Source: Candidatus Yanofskybacteria bacterium RIFCSPHIGHO2_01_FULL_41_21 (lineage in GTDB: Bacteria; Patescibacteriota; Minisyncoccia; 2-02-FULL-40-12; GWA2-44-9). From it: DNA of 64,000 nt. The translations under genes and the position numbers were made by a program. Shown piece by piece: positions 27,454-36,400 of the stretch; position 1 is the first letter of the stretch; every line of letters starts with the position of its first letter. The stretch is taken from the NCBI GenBank assembly GCA_001794025.1, contig MGJA01000003.1, forward strand, positions 12,909-76,908, read 5' to 3'. The notes beneath the pieces were generated by a model that saw only the letters and a program-made list of their open reading frames with translations, made no database searches and was not told where the DNA came from.

Positions 27454-29406
27454 ATGAATATTAGAAATTTTTGTATCATCGCTCACGTGGATCATGGAAA
27501 ATCGACCCTCGCGGATCGGTTTTTAGAATTGACGGGAACCGTGGAAAAAAGAAAGATGCACGAACAATATTTGGATACGATGGATTTGGAACGCGAACGA
27601 GGTATTACCATTAAACTTCAACCGGTGCGCATGCGTTACCGCATGCCAAATCCTAAGCACGAAATCCTAAATTCTAAAAAAAATAAAAGTTCAGAAATTC
27701 AAAATAGTTTAGAAATTAGAAATTCGGATTTAGAAATTTCAAGTTCAGTTGAATACCAACTGAACTTGATAGACACTCCCGGGCATGTGGATTTTACCTA
27801 TGAAGTATCACGTTCATTGGCAGCTGTTGAGGGCGCTGTTTTGCTCGTTGATGCATCCAAAGGTGTTCAAGCCCAAACGTTGGCAAATTTGCATCTCGCC
27901 CAACAACAGAAATTGGTTATTATTCCGGTTTTAAATAAAATTGACTTGCCGAATGCCCGTACGGCGCAAATCAAAGAAGAACTTTCGTATTTACTTGGTA
28001 TTGAACCAGAAGAGATTTTGGAAATATCCGCCAAGAACGGTTTGGGAGTGGAAGAAGTTCTTCAGAGGATAATTGAAAAAGTACCCAGTCCGAAATCAGG
28101 AATTAGGAATCAGGAATTAGGGCAAGCGGAAACACTGAAGGCCCTTATTTTTGATTCCTCATTTGATACATATAAAGGAGTTATCGCCTATGTTCGTGTT
28201 TTTAGTGGCTCCCTGAAACAGACAATGCCGATTGTGGCTTATGCTTCCAGGGCTAAGGCAGATGTCTTGGAAGTTGGTTATTTTTCTCCTGGATTGGTTG
28301 AGTCAAAGTTTTTAGAATCGGGTGAGATTGGCTATATCGCGACTGGATTGAAAGACCCTGGTCTTATTCGGGTCGGTGATACCATAACTAATTATCCAAT
28401 TACGAATTACGAATTACGAATTAAAACAGAAAATCCGCAATCCGCAATCCGCAATTCAAAATTTGTCCCGCTTGAAGGTTACAAAGAACCCCGACCGATG
28501 GTGTTTGCTAGTTTTTTTCCGGTTGAAGGGGAGGATTACGATATGCTTAAAGATGCATTATCCAAACTCAAACTCACTGATGCTTCGCTTATTTATGAGC
28601 CGGAGTCATCAGCTGGATTAGGTCGGGGATTTAGGGTTGGATTTTTGGGGATGCTTCATGTGGAAATTATTTCTGAACGATTACATCGGGAATTCAATCT
28701 TGATTTGATTATTTCAACACCATCGGTGGAGTATTCAGTCAAACTTAAAAATGGCGAGGAAATGTTGATTCGTTCAGCGGCGATGTTGCCCGACCCATCA
28801 CGCGTGGAAGCGGTTTCCGAACCGATTGTTTCCCTAGAAATTTTGACGCCAATTTCGTATTTGGGCGGAGTGATGGAGTTAATCGCGACTTATCGCAACA
28901 CTTATCAGGCAACAGAATATATTGGTAAAGAAACGGCCTTACTTAGATATGATATTCCACTTTCCGAAATCGTGACTGATTTCTATGACCGTCTAAAGAG
29001 TGTTTCTTCGGGTTATGCTTCAATGAGTTACGAACCGAAGGGCTTAGTCAAAAATGATTTGATTCGGTTGGATATTCTTATTGCGGGTGATTTGGTGGAA
29101 CCGTTTTCGCGGATTGTCCCGCGGGAGAAGGCCTATCTGGAAGGTCGGGCTATGGTCACGAAGCTTAAAGAAGTTGTGCCGACACAAATGTTTGATGTCT
29201 CGCTCCAAGCTGCCATCGGCGGGAAAATTATCGCCAGCGAATCAATTCGCGGTCACCGCAAAGACGTTACCCAACATATGTATGGTGGCGACATTACCCG
29301 ACGTCAAAAACTCTGGAAAAAACAAAAAGAAGGCAAAGCCCGCATGAAAGAAACCGGCCGAGTGAACCTTCCTCAAGAGGTTTTCCTGAAGATGTTAAAA
29401 AGGTAG
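27454..29406 (+). CDS. lepA: Elongation factor 4 (LepA) with two in-frame low-complexity insertions
   Basis: NFCIIAHVDHGKSTL, DTPGHVDF, NKIDL and the C-terminal LepA domain. Inserts lie at ~27660-27765 and ~28385-28450. The track ORF start at 27430 is an upstream extension. Confidence 0.9.
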   Translation: MNIRNFCIIAHVDHGKSTLADRFLELTGTVEKRKMHEQYLDTMDLERERGITIKLQPVRMRYRMPNPKHEILNSKKNKSSEIQNSLEIRNSDLEISSSVEYQLNLIDTPGHVDFTYEVSRSLAAVEGAVLLVDASKGVQAQTLANLHLAQQQKLVIIPVLNKIDLPNARTAQIKEELSYLLGIEPEEILEISAKNGLGVEEVLQRIIEKVPSPKSGIRNQELGQAETLKALIFDSSFDTYKGVIAYVRVFSGSLKQTMPIVAYASRAKADVLEVGYFSPGLVESKFLESGEIGYIATGLKDPGLIRVGDTITNYPITNYELRIKTENPQSAIRNSKFVPLEGYKEPRPMVFASFFPVEGEDYDMLKDALSKLKLTDASLIYEPESSAGLGRGFRVGFLGMLHVEIISERLHREFNLDLIISTPSVEYSVKLKNGEEMLIRSAAMLPDPSRVEAVSEPIVSLEILTPISYLGGVMELIATYRNTYQATEYIGKETALLRYDIPLSEIVTDFYDRLKSVSSGYASMSYEPKGLVKNDLIRLDILIAGDLVEPFSRIVPREKAYLEGRAMVTKLKEVVPTQMFDVSLQAAIGGKIIASESIRGHRKDVTQHMYGGDITRRQKLWKKQKEGKARMKETGRVNLPQEVFLKMLKR

Positions 29407-29408
29407 AA

Positions 29409-29498
29409 TTAAAATAGGGGAGCGGCGAGCATGCCCATCATGCCGAGAATAACAATGACGGCGACGGCCATCCAGAAGTATTTAATGAAACGATGATT
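29409..29498 (-). CDS. Possible small hydrophobic peptide (MWMNHRFIKYFWMAVAVIVILGMMGMLAAPLF)
   Basis: Unannotated 31-codon ORF with one predicted TM helix. Confidence 0.25.
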   Translation of the reverse strand, partial: NHRFIKYFWMAVAVIVILGMMGMLAAPLF

Positions 29499-29543
29499 CA
29501 TCCACATATGGTTATATTATAGCAGATTTAATCCTTAATTTCT

Positions 29544-29915
29544 ATGGCCGTTCTGCAACGTAAAATTCTCACCGTCGGTCTCCTGATGCTTTTGGTGTGG
29601 TTGGGCTATAAGAGTTGGCAGATTAGAATTCAGCGTCTAGATATGAAGGTTCAATTAACCGACTTGGAATCCCGAACGGATGATCTTGAACGTAATAATC
29701 AATTTTTGGCGAGCTCGTCGGCCTATTTTGCCAGCGACGCTTATCTTGAAAGACAAGCCCGACTTAAGTTAAACTACAAACTATCGGATGAACAGGTGGC
29801 CTTTGTTTATAAAGACACGAGCGTTAAAATTGCTTCGCCATCTGAAGAATTTGAAGCCAAACTTGCCGAGATGCCGAATTGGGAAAAGTGGTGGTATTAT
29901 CTAAGAGGTTATTAA
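29544..29915 (+). CDS. Septum formation initiator (FtsB/DivIC/FtsL-like)
   Basis: N-terminal TM plus coiled-coil (QLTDLESRTDDLERNNQFL) and 'septum formation initiator'-like C-terminus. Confidence 0.55.
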   Translation: MAVLQRKILTVGLLMLLVWLGYKSWQIRIQRLDMKVQLTDLESRTDDLERNNQFLASSSAYFASDAYLERQARLKLNYKLSDEQVAFVYKDTSVKIASPSEEFEAKLAEMPNWEKWWYYLRGY

Positions 29916-29957
29916 AATGCGGAATTCGTATAGTGGTAATACGCGACCTTCCCAAGG

Positions 29958-30338
29958 TTGAGACACGAGTCCGATTCTCGTATTCCGCTCATGAGAAAAT
30001 TTGCCGTACAATTCGTGGTGGTAATTCACACCTTGTTCTTCTTGGCAATTTTGGCATGTTTGCCGATTGCTATTATTTACCCATCATCTCATAAGGCAAT
30101 TCTTTGGTTTGTCGGTATCGTGCTGGTTTCACAGATTCCATATCGGGCATGTGTTCTAACGAGGGTTGAACAGGCACTACGTGGCGACCATGCTTATCAC
30201 GGCACATTTCTTTCCCATTATTTGGAGCACTTATTTAATGTTGAAGTATCGGATCGGGTTGTTAATATTTTTACCGCCATTTATTTTATTACTACCATTC
30301 TCATTGCCGTTTTTTATCGGCTCAATCAGGCCTTCTAG
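29958..30338 (+). CDS. Hypothetical membrane protein
   Basis: 3-4 TM helices. Alternative start MRKFAVQF at 29991. Confidence 0.45.
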   Translation: MRHESDSRIPLMRKFAVQFVVVIHTLFFLAILACLPIAIIYPSSHKAILWFVGIVLVSQIPYRACVLTRVEQALRGDHAYHGTFLSHYLEHLFNVEVSDRVVNIFTAIYFITTILIAVFYRLNQAF

Positions 30339-30403
30339 GTTTTTTATTTATTTAAAAATTAATTTACTAATCATCAAAATCTGGTAGAATAAAGCCCAGT
30401 CCT

Positions 30404-30477
30404 GCCACCTTAGCTCAGCTAGCCAGAGCAGCGCATTCGTAATGCGAAGGTCCCCAGTGCAAATCTGGGAGGTGGCT
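30404..30477 (+). tRNA. tRNA-Thr (anticodon CGU)
   Basis: Acceptor GCCACCT/AGGTGGC, D-stem GCTC/GAGC, anticodon loop TTCGTAA, T-stem CCCAG/CTGGG. Confidence 0.75.
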
Positions 30478-30589
30478 CATTGAAACTAATCTTAGAATTA
30501 GGTAAACTTAATGGGCCAGGTAGTAGAACCTCTATCTGCAACCTGGCGGTTGCACAGACCAAATTAATAGAGGTTCACATACCTGGTAA

Positions 30590-31327
30590 ATGTTGGAATA
30601 CGAGAACAATAAGGCTCTTTTATATATCTATTCTGGGGCCGGTGGCGTGGATGCTCAGGACTGGGCGTCCATGTTGCTTACAATGTATCGCAAATACTCG
30701 GCCGATAAAGGTTGGGGTTTTGTGATATTGAGTCAGACATTTGGCGAACAGGAAGGTACCAAGAATGCCGTTATAGAAATAACGGGACCGAATTGTTATG
30801 AAATGCTTCGTCGGGAATCCGGTGTTCATCGTCTAGTTCGTATCTCGCCGTATTCTTCAAAGGATTTGCGTCATACTTCGTTCGCGTTGGTGGAATTTAT
30901 GCCCGAGATTATTGCGAAGAATTTTCAAATCAATCCTAACGATTTGCGGATTGATACGTATCGGTCATCAGGGCCTGGCGGGCAGAATGTTAATAAACTG
31001 GAAACGGCAGTCCGGGTTACTCACGTGCCGACGGGCTTAGCAGTCGCGGTTCAGTCCGAACGGTCTCAAGCCCAAAATAAAGAAAAAGCGATGCAGGTAT
31101 TGAATTCACGTCTTGCCGCAAAAATGGAAGCCGAGAAGACACAAGAACTTTCCCAGTTAAAGCCCCAAGTCGCAATTGAGTGGGGCAGTCAAATCAGGTC
31201 CTATGTCTTGAATCCGTATCAGATGGTGAAAGATCATCGGACAGGCGTAAAATCAAGCCAGCCGGACAAAGTACTCAATGGCGATTTAGATAAATTTATA
31301 GAAGCAGAACAATCTCTAGCTTATTAA
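30590..31327 (+). CDS. prfB: Peptide chain release factor 2 homolog lacking N-terminal domain 1 (245 aa)
   Basis: YSGAGGVDAQDWASMLLTMYRKY (RF2-specific), SPY(F)...RHTSF, and GGQ (SSGPGGQNVNK). An in-frame TAA lies immediately upstream of the ATG. No CTT TGA C frameshift site is present. Confidence 0.75.
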   Translation: MLEYENNKALLYIYSGAGGVDAQDWASMLLTMYRKYSADKGWGFVILSQTFGEQEGTKNAVIEITGPNCYEMLRRESGVHRLVRISPYSSKDLRHTSFALVEFMPEIIAKNFQINPNDLRIDTYRSSGPGGQNVNKLETAVRVTHVPTGLAVAVQSERSQAQNKEKAMQVLNSRLAAKMEAEKTQELSQLKPQVAIEWGSQIRSYVLNPYQMVKDHRTGVKSSQPDKVLNGDLDKFIEAEQSLAY

Positions 31328-31387
31328 CTTATTAGCTTATTAGGAAAAACCTAAAAAGCTAGAAAGCTGATAAGCTAGTAAGCTAAA

Positions 31388-32068
31388 GTGATTGAATTAA
31401 AAGATGTTTCTACAATTTATGAGGATTTTTTAGCGCTGGATGGCGTTAATTTAGAAATTAAAGATGGCGAATTTGTTTCGCTTGTCGGCCCGTCGGGCGC
31501 CGGTAAGTCCACACTCTTACGTCTGATGACCCGCGAATTGAAACCCAGTCAAGGTGAGATATCCATTGACGGTATCAATATCGCCGAACTTACCAATAAA
31601 GAAATACCGTTGCTTCGTCGTAAGATTGGAACGATATTTCAGGATTTTAAATTATTGTCCCGCAAAAATTCTTTTGAAAATGTTGCCTTTGCCCTTGAGG
31701 TCTCCGGCGCCGAAGCCGAAGAAATTAACGAAGATGTCCCTAAGGTTTTAAATATTGTCGGTCTAACCGATAAAGCCAAGAATTTTCCTCATCAGATGTC
31801 GGGTGGCGAAAGACAACGCTTGGCTATTGCTCGGGCTTTAATTCATCGTCCCCGCATTCTTTTGGCCGATGAACCGACCGGTAATCTGGATATGCTCAAT
31901 GGTTATGATGTGGTAAAATTATTAATGAAAATCAACGAATTCGGCACGACCGTTATTCTGGCGACGCATAACCGCGAAATTGTAAATATTGTCGGTCGAC
32001 GTGTTATCAGTATGGAAAAAGGCAAAGTGGTTCGCGACCAAATTGAGCAAGGGAAATATATAATATGA
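31388..32068 (+). CDS. ftsE: Cell division ATP-binding protein FtsE (GTG start)
   Basis: Walker A GPSGAGKST, ABC signature LSGGERQR, Walker B ILLADEPT. Confidence 0.85.
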   Translation: MIELKDVSTIYEDFLALDGVNLEIKDGEFVSLVGPSGAGKSTLLRLMTRELKPSQGEISIDGINIAELTNKEIPLLRRKIGTIFQDFKLLSRKNSFENVAFALEVSGAEAEEINEDVPKVLNIVGLTDKAKNFPHQMSGGERQRLAIARALIHRPRILLADEPTGNLDMLNGYDVVKLLMKINEFGTTVILATHNREIVNIVGRRVISMEKGKVVRDQIEQGKYII

Positions 32069-32973
32069 AGAAAGCATTTAAAAGAATTTTTAGAACCGGG
32101 TGGCTTAATTTTAAACGTAATAGTTATCTTTCTTTTGGCACGACCGGCGTGATGGCTTTGGTTTTGCTTTTATTTTCCGGTTTGATGGTTTTAAATTATA
32201 TTTCGGGACAAATCGTAACCGGCCTGGAAGACAAAGTTGACGTTAGTGTTTATTTTAAAAATGATGCCTCGGAAGATCAGGTGATATCGGTAAAGCAAGA
32301 TCTTGAATCCCAACCGGCCGTGGCTCGAGTAACCTATATTTCCAAAGACCAGGCCTTGACTGATTTCAAAGCCAAACATGCCGGTGATGCTTTAATTCAA
32401 CAATCACTGGCCGAATTAACCGATAACCCCTTACAATCGTCGCTCAACATTAAAGCCAAGGAGTCCACTCAATACGCTTCTATCGTTACTTTTCTGGAAG
32501 GCAACAAATTGCGGCCCGTCATTGATAAGATTAATTTTTATGAAAACGAAGCCATCATTAATCGCGTCCAGGGTATTTCTCGCGGGGTCGGCAATTGGGG
32601 TCTGGTGGCGACACTTATTCTGGCTTTCATTGCCGTTCTAGTAACCTTTAACACGATTCGTTTGACCATCTACAATCAAAAAAATGAGATTGAAATTATG
32701 CGTTTGGTCGGCGGTTCCAATTGGCACATCAAAGCCCCGTATCTTATTGAAGGGGGATTGTATGGCGTCTTTGCATCTTTAATAACTATCGCCGTCTTTT
32801 ATCCAACCCTCTGGTTTATATCTTCAAAAATTGGCATTCTTATTCCCGATGTTTCCCTTATCGGTTATTTTGTGGCCAATGTTTTTCAATTTATTCCCAT
32901 TATTTTTGCACTGGGGATTGCGTTGGGGGTTTTGTCCAGCTATATAGCGATAAGAAGGTTTTTGAGAGTGTGA
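32065..32973 (+). CDS. ftsX: Cell division permease FtsX
   Basis: 4-TM FtsX topology. Overlaps the ftsE stop. Confidence 0.8.
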   Translation: MKKAFKRIFRTGWLNFKRNSYLSFGTTGVMALVLLLFSGLMVLNYISGQIVTGLEDKVDVSVYFKNDASEDQVISVKQDLESQPAVARVTYISKDQALTDFKAKHAGDALIQQSLAELTDNPLQSSLNIKAKESTQYASIVTFLEGNKLRPVIDKINFYENEAIINRVQGISRGVGNWGLVATLILAFIAVLVTFNTIRLTIYNQKNEIEIMRLVGGSNWHIKAPYLIEGGLYGVFASLITIAVFYPTLWFISSKIGILIPDVSLIGYFVANVFQFIPIIFALGIALGVLSSYIAIRRFLRV

Positions 32974-33062
32974 GATAGTGATTAGCGAGTAGCCAATAGC
33001 GAATAGTGTCATCAAAAAAGCCATTGTAAAAATGGCTTTTTTGATGTATAGTAATTTTAATT

Positions 33063-33133
33063 TGCGGGATAGTGTAATGGTAGCACGCATGACTCTGAAT
33101 CATGAAATCCAGGTCCGACCCCTGGTCCCGCAG
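33063..33133 (+). tRNA. tRNA-Gln (anticodon CUG)
   Basis: Acceptor TGCGGGA/TCCCGCA, U8, D-stem GTGT/GCAC, anticodon loop CTCTGAA, T-stem CCAGG/CCTGG. Confidence 0.75.
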
Positions 33134-33137
33134 CTAC

Positions 33138-33150
33138 GTTGAGATAGGTT
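33138..33150 (+). repeat. 13-bp direct repeat GTTGAGATAGGTT (copy 1), 4 nt after tRNA-Gln
   Basis: Identical copy at 35197-35209; related CCAGCCAAGGTTGGAG at 33976-33992. Confidence 0.7.
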
Positions 33151-33187
33151 CGGCTTCCGAGGTGCCTTATAAACTAATTAATAATTT

Positions 33188-33529
33188 ATGGAGAATATAA
33201 ATGTATGGCTAGTTATTTTGGGAGTCAGTTTAGCTTGGGGATTATTACATCATAAGGCAGGATATTATGCAGATATGAATAAACATAATGAGGCCTTTAA
33301 ATTTTTGGAATTTTGGCGTTGTTGTCTTAACTACTTTATAGCATTAGTTGTCGCATATTACTTTGTTTCAATAAGATGGGGGTATATTAATCAGGGGGGT
33401 AATCTTTATATAGGAGATTTTATCTTGGGAACCATTTTTCTTATTGGTATTTTCGGTTGGCTACCTTATTTTATTAAAAATATTACTGAGGGGATAAGTG
33501 CAATTTTCACTAAATTATTTACTAAATAG
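33188..33529 (+). CDS. Hypothetical small membrane protein
   Basis: 3 TM helices; first gene of the accessory array. Confidence 0.5.
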   Translation: MENINVWLVILGVSLAWGLLHHKAGYYADMNKHNEAFKFLEFWRCCLNYFIALVVAYYFVSIRWGYINQGGNLYIGDFILGTIFLIGIFGWLPYFIKNITEGISAIFTKLFTK

Positions 33530-33543
33530 ACCCACTACAAACC

Positions 33544-33960
33544 ATGATGACACCAAATGAAGCAGAAAAAATTATAAACAATTACGGAGCGGCATTAGGC
33601 GTCGGCACAAATGGTACTGCTCGTCTGATCTCTTTGCTCCCAGCTTCCAAAGCAAAGATTAGGTATGCTTTTTATGTTTACATTGCTGAGCTGGTAAAAA
33701 ACAGTCAACTTACTAAGGAGATAGGTAATAATCTAGTTGGTGCTTATATAGGATTAAGATCATTTATTGATGACAAAAAGGCTGATAAGTTTAATAAAAT
33801 TCACAGACAAATAGAAGAAGAAGTAAAGACAAAAAATAATTCAGATATCGACACAGAGGAAAAGAAAGAATATATGGATTTTATTAAAGAAGTGTATGGA
33901 ATCATGGCCGATATGGCCGAAATTAATGACTATATACGAGAGTGCCAGGAAGATATATAA
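33544..33960 (+). CDS. Hypothetical protein (138 aa)
   Basis: ORF 14 nt after the previous gene. No motif recognised. Confidence 0.45.
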   Translation: MMTPNEAEKIINNYGAALGVGTNGTARLISLLPASKAKIRYAFYVYIAELVKNSQLTKEIGNNLVGAYIGLRSFIDDKKADKFNKIHRQIEEEVKTKNNSDIDTEEKKEYMDFIKEVYGIMADMAEINDYIRECQEDI

Positions 33961-34098
33961 ATAACTAGTCCAAGGTGTCCAGCCAAGGTTGGAGGTATCG
34001 TGGATGACCAGAAAGCGAGATTTTGCTACAATTTTTACAACGAGTATAATGACCTAATCTAATTGATAAAGAACTTGATGGTTTATTGAAATAAAACT

Positions 34099-35166
34099 AT
34101 GGCACTAATAATTTCACAAAAAGGTAAAAGAACTCAAAAGATAGACAAGTCTGATTTTGAAAAGGAAGGAAACCTTCAGAGCTATATCCATGAAAATCCG
34201 GAATCTATTCCGGTGTATGAGATAGAAGAAAGCAAGCGGCTTTTTGTCGTAGCAAGGGAGTTTAAAACCGAATCAGGTCCGATTGATGCTTTAGCTATAG
34301 ATAAAGATGGCGATATTTATGTCGTTGAAACCAAGCTATATAAGAATCCGGATAAGCGAACCGTAGTGGCGCAGGCACTTGATTATGGTGCATCTCTTTG
34401 GCGTCATAGCGATTATAGTGAATTTATAAAGCTAATTAACGAAGAGATAAATAAAAGATTTAAAATCAGTTTTGAGGAAAAAGTTAGAAATTTCTTTGAT
34501 ATAGATGAAGAACAGACAGGGGCATTATTAGAAGCGATCAGAACGAACCTTCAACAAGGAAATATTAAATTTGTAATTTTAATGGATGACGTTAGCGACC
34601 GGCTAAAAGATCTGATTGTCTATATCAATCAAAACAGCCAGTTTGATATTTATGCAGTTCAGATGGAATATTACAAGTTTGAAAGTTATGAAATAATGAT
34701 CCCCAAATTATTCGGTGTTGAAGTTAAAAAAAGCATGACGAGCAACTCCGCTGGCAGTCCGAGGAGAAAGTGGGATGAGCAAGGTTTTTTTGAAGAAGTA
34801 AAGAAAGTGTTTTCAAAATCCGATTTTGAGTTAATTTTAAAGTTCTACACTTTTTCCAAAGAGTCAGCCGATGAAATTCATTGGGGTACTGGTGTTAACC
34901 AAAGTTCTTTTTCTGCTGGGTTTAATAAGTTAGGGAATAGGCCCTTGTTCGTTCTCCTTTCTGACGGAAGAATGAAAATTTCAACCGAATACCCAAAACG
35001 AGGAGCAACTAAAGAGCAAATTTCCAATCTAGATCATCTTAATTTAGAGCTTAAGAAAATAGGATTGGAAGTGAACCCAAAATCCGAGAGAACTGTTTTT
35101 ACTCTACCTGAGTGGTCATCTAAACTAGATGTTATGATAAAAACTATTAAGAAATCAATAGATTGA
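34099..35166 (+). CDS. NucS/DUF4263-superfamily PD-(D/E)XK nuclease-domain protein (nuclease domain N-terminal)
   Basis: GPIDALAIDKDGDIYVVETK...VVAQALDYGASLW matches the G-x-ID-x-LA-x-D...VV-E-x-K...Q-L-x-Y core of NucS-like nucleases. Confidence 0.55.
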   Translation: MALIISQKGKRTQKIDKSDFEKEGNLQSYIHENPESIPVYEIEESKRLFVVAREFKTESGPIDALAIDKDGDIYVVETKLYKNPDKRTVVAQALDYGASLWRHSDYSEFIKLINEEINKRFKISFEEKVRNFFDIDEEQTGALLEAIRTNLQQGNIKFVILMDDVSDRLKDLIVYINQNSQFDIYAVQMEYYKFESYEIMIPKLFGVEVKKSMTSNSAGSPRRKWDEQGFFEEVKKVFSKSDFELILKFYTFSKESADEIHWGTGVNQSSFSAGFNKLGNRPLFVLLSDGRMKISTEYPKRGATKEQISNLDHLNLELKKIGLEVNPKSERTVFTLPEWSSKLDVMIKTIKKSID

Positions 35167-35196
35167 ATTCTAACATCGAACCAAATTACCAGCCAA

Positions 35197-35209
35197 GTTG
35201 AGATAGGTT
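35197..35209 (+). repeat. 13-bp direct repeat GTTGAGATAGGTT (copy 2)
   Basis: Identical to 33138-33150. Downstream CCCGAGACGCATCGTGGCCTT resembles 33151-33170. Confidence 0.7.
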
Positions 35210-35285
35210 ATTTTGCCCGAGACGCATCGTGGCCTTACTTCTATTCCTATCCCGTAAAAGCATATCGACTGAGTGCCGTATTCAA

Positions 35286-35320
35286 GAACATAAAACCGCC
35301 AATATAGCGGTTTTATGTTC
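35286..35320. terminator. Strong palindromic hairpin (14-bp arms) in a long AT-rich leader
   Basis: GAACATAAAACCGC CAATATA GCGGTTTTATGTTC. Confidence 0.5.
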
Positions 35321-35580
35321 TTTCGCGGATGAGTGAAACAGTCCTTGTGGATAAGTTTGATCAAGGGGCAAAAGTTAGTAGTATATAGTTACTATTTTAA
35401 AAATATTTTTTGTAAAAATTATGAAAGAAAACTCTTATAAAATAAGGGTTACTTCAATTAGGATGTAATACATCTTTACATAAAAACCGATAATTACCGA
35501 TATAAACAGATGAAACTCTTGATATTATATACCATTAAGTTATAATTGTTTTTATGAGTATAGATTATTAACTAAAAATT

Positions 35581-35964
35581 ATGAGCAACACCGACCCACT
35601 TCAAAAATTAGTTGTCAGTGAATCGCAGGCAGTTGATAGACAGGCCCTTGCAGATCTATTGTCACCATATCTATCAATAAATAAAGAAACTCAGTCTTTT
35701 GATTTTTCGGGAGCCTTCCTGGAATTGACAAGTGCGGATAGGATTCTAATTCTTCTTTCTGCCGCGAAAGCCAGGAATCTGATCCTTGGTTTAGATGAAA
35801 AAATTAGACCATTGGAAATAATAAAGATGGAGATTGCGCCTGAGGGGACTATTAAAAATACGCTGAAGAAGCTTCTCGCATCTAAAGACATCAAGGCAGA
35901 CGAGGGTAAATATTACCTGCCGAACTATAAGCTCTCCCAAGTTATAGCCCGATTCAAAAAATAA
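35581..35964 (+). CDS. Hypothetical protein A (127 aa) of a tightly linked three-gene unit
   Basis: Preceded by a 414-bp AT-rich leader. 10-nt gap to the next gene. Confidence 0.5.
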   Translation: MSNTDPLQKLVVSESQAVDRQALADLLSPYLSINKETQSFDFSGAFLELTSADRILILLSAAKARNLILGLDEKIRPLEIIKMEIAPEGTIKNTLKKLLASKDIKADEGKYYLPNYKLSQVIARFKK

Positions 35965-35974
35965 TTAAAATAAT

Positions 35975-36388
35975 ATGGACAACACTAATTTTGAGCAGAA
36001 AATATTGGAGCGTATGTCGGCACTTGAACAGAGGGTTGATAAACTTGAGAATGGCGGAAGTAAAACCGTTAATGCTCATGGTGTCGCAAAAAAGTTATCA
36101 ATCAAAGAGTTTATTATGACTAAAAAACTTGATGACGATGTTAAACGTACTTTGGCGATCGCGTACTTTATTGAACACATGGAAAATACAAAGCCATTTA
36201 ATACCGAAGATCTTAAAAAGGCCTTTCGTCTCGCAAAGATTTCGTTGCCATTGAATATTAATGACAAGATTAACATGAATATTCGTGTCGGCAGGATAAT
36301 GGAAGCAGAAGAAAAAAAGGATTCCAAGAAGGCCTGGGAACTTACAGCAACTGGGGAGACTTTCGTGGAGAACGAACTTAATAAATAG
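35975..36388 (+). CDS. Hypothetical protein B (137 aa; coiled-coil N-terminus)
   Basis: ILERMSALEQRVDKLENG heptad pattern. Confidence 0.5.
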   Translation: MDNTNFEQKILERMSALEQRVDKLENGGSKTVNAHGVAKKLSIKEFIMTKKLDDDVKRTLAIAYFIEHMENTKPFNTEDLKKAFRLAKISLPLNINDKINMNIRVGRIMEAEEKKDSKKAWELTATGETFVENELNK

Positions 36389-36400
36389 TTGATATTCCAA

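Noticed and set aside
30480-30725. 81-aa ORF upstream of and overlapping prfB as a possible RF2 N-terminal exon reached by frameshift
   Set aside because: The sequence (P/G/C-rich, non-helical) does not resemble RF2 domain 1. No CTT TGA C shift site. Far too short to supply the missing ~110 residues.
31318-31387. TTATTAGCTTATTAG / AAGCT(A/G) iterations upstream of ftsE, also near 9015-9040
   Set aside because: Short, AT-rich, low-complexity similarity. Could be chance or simple promoter-region repeats. Not enough to call an element.
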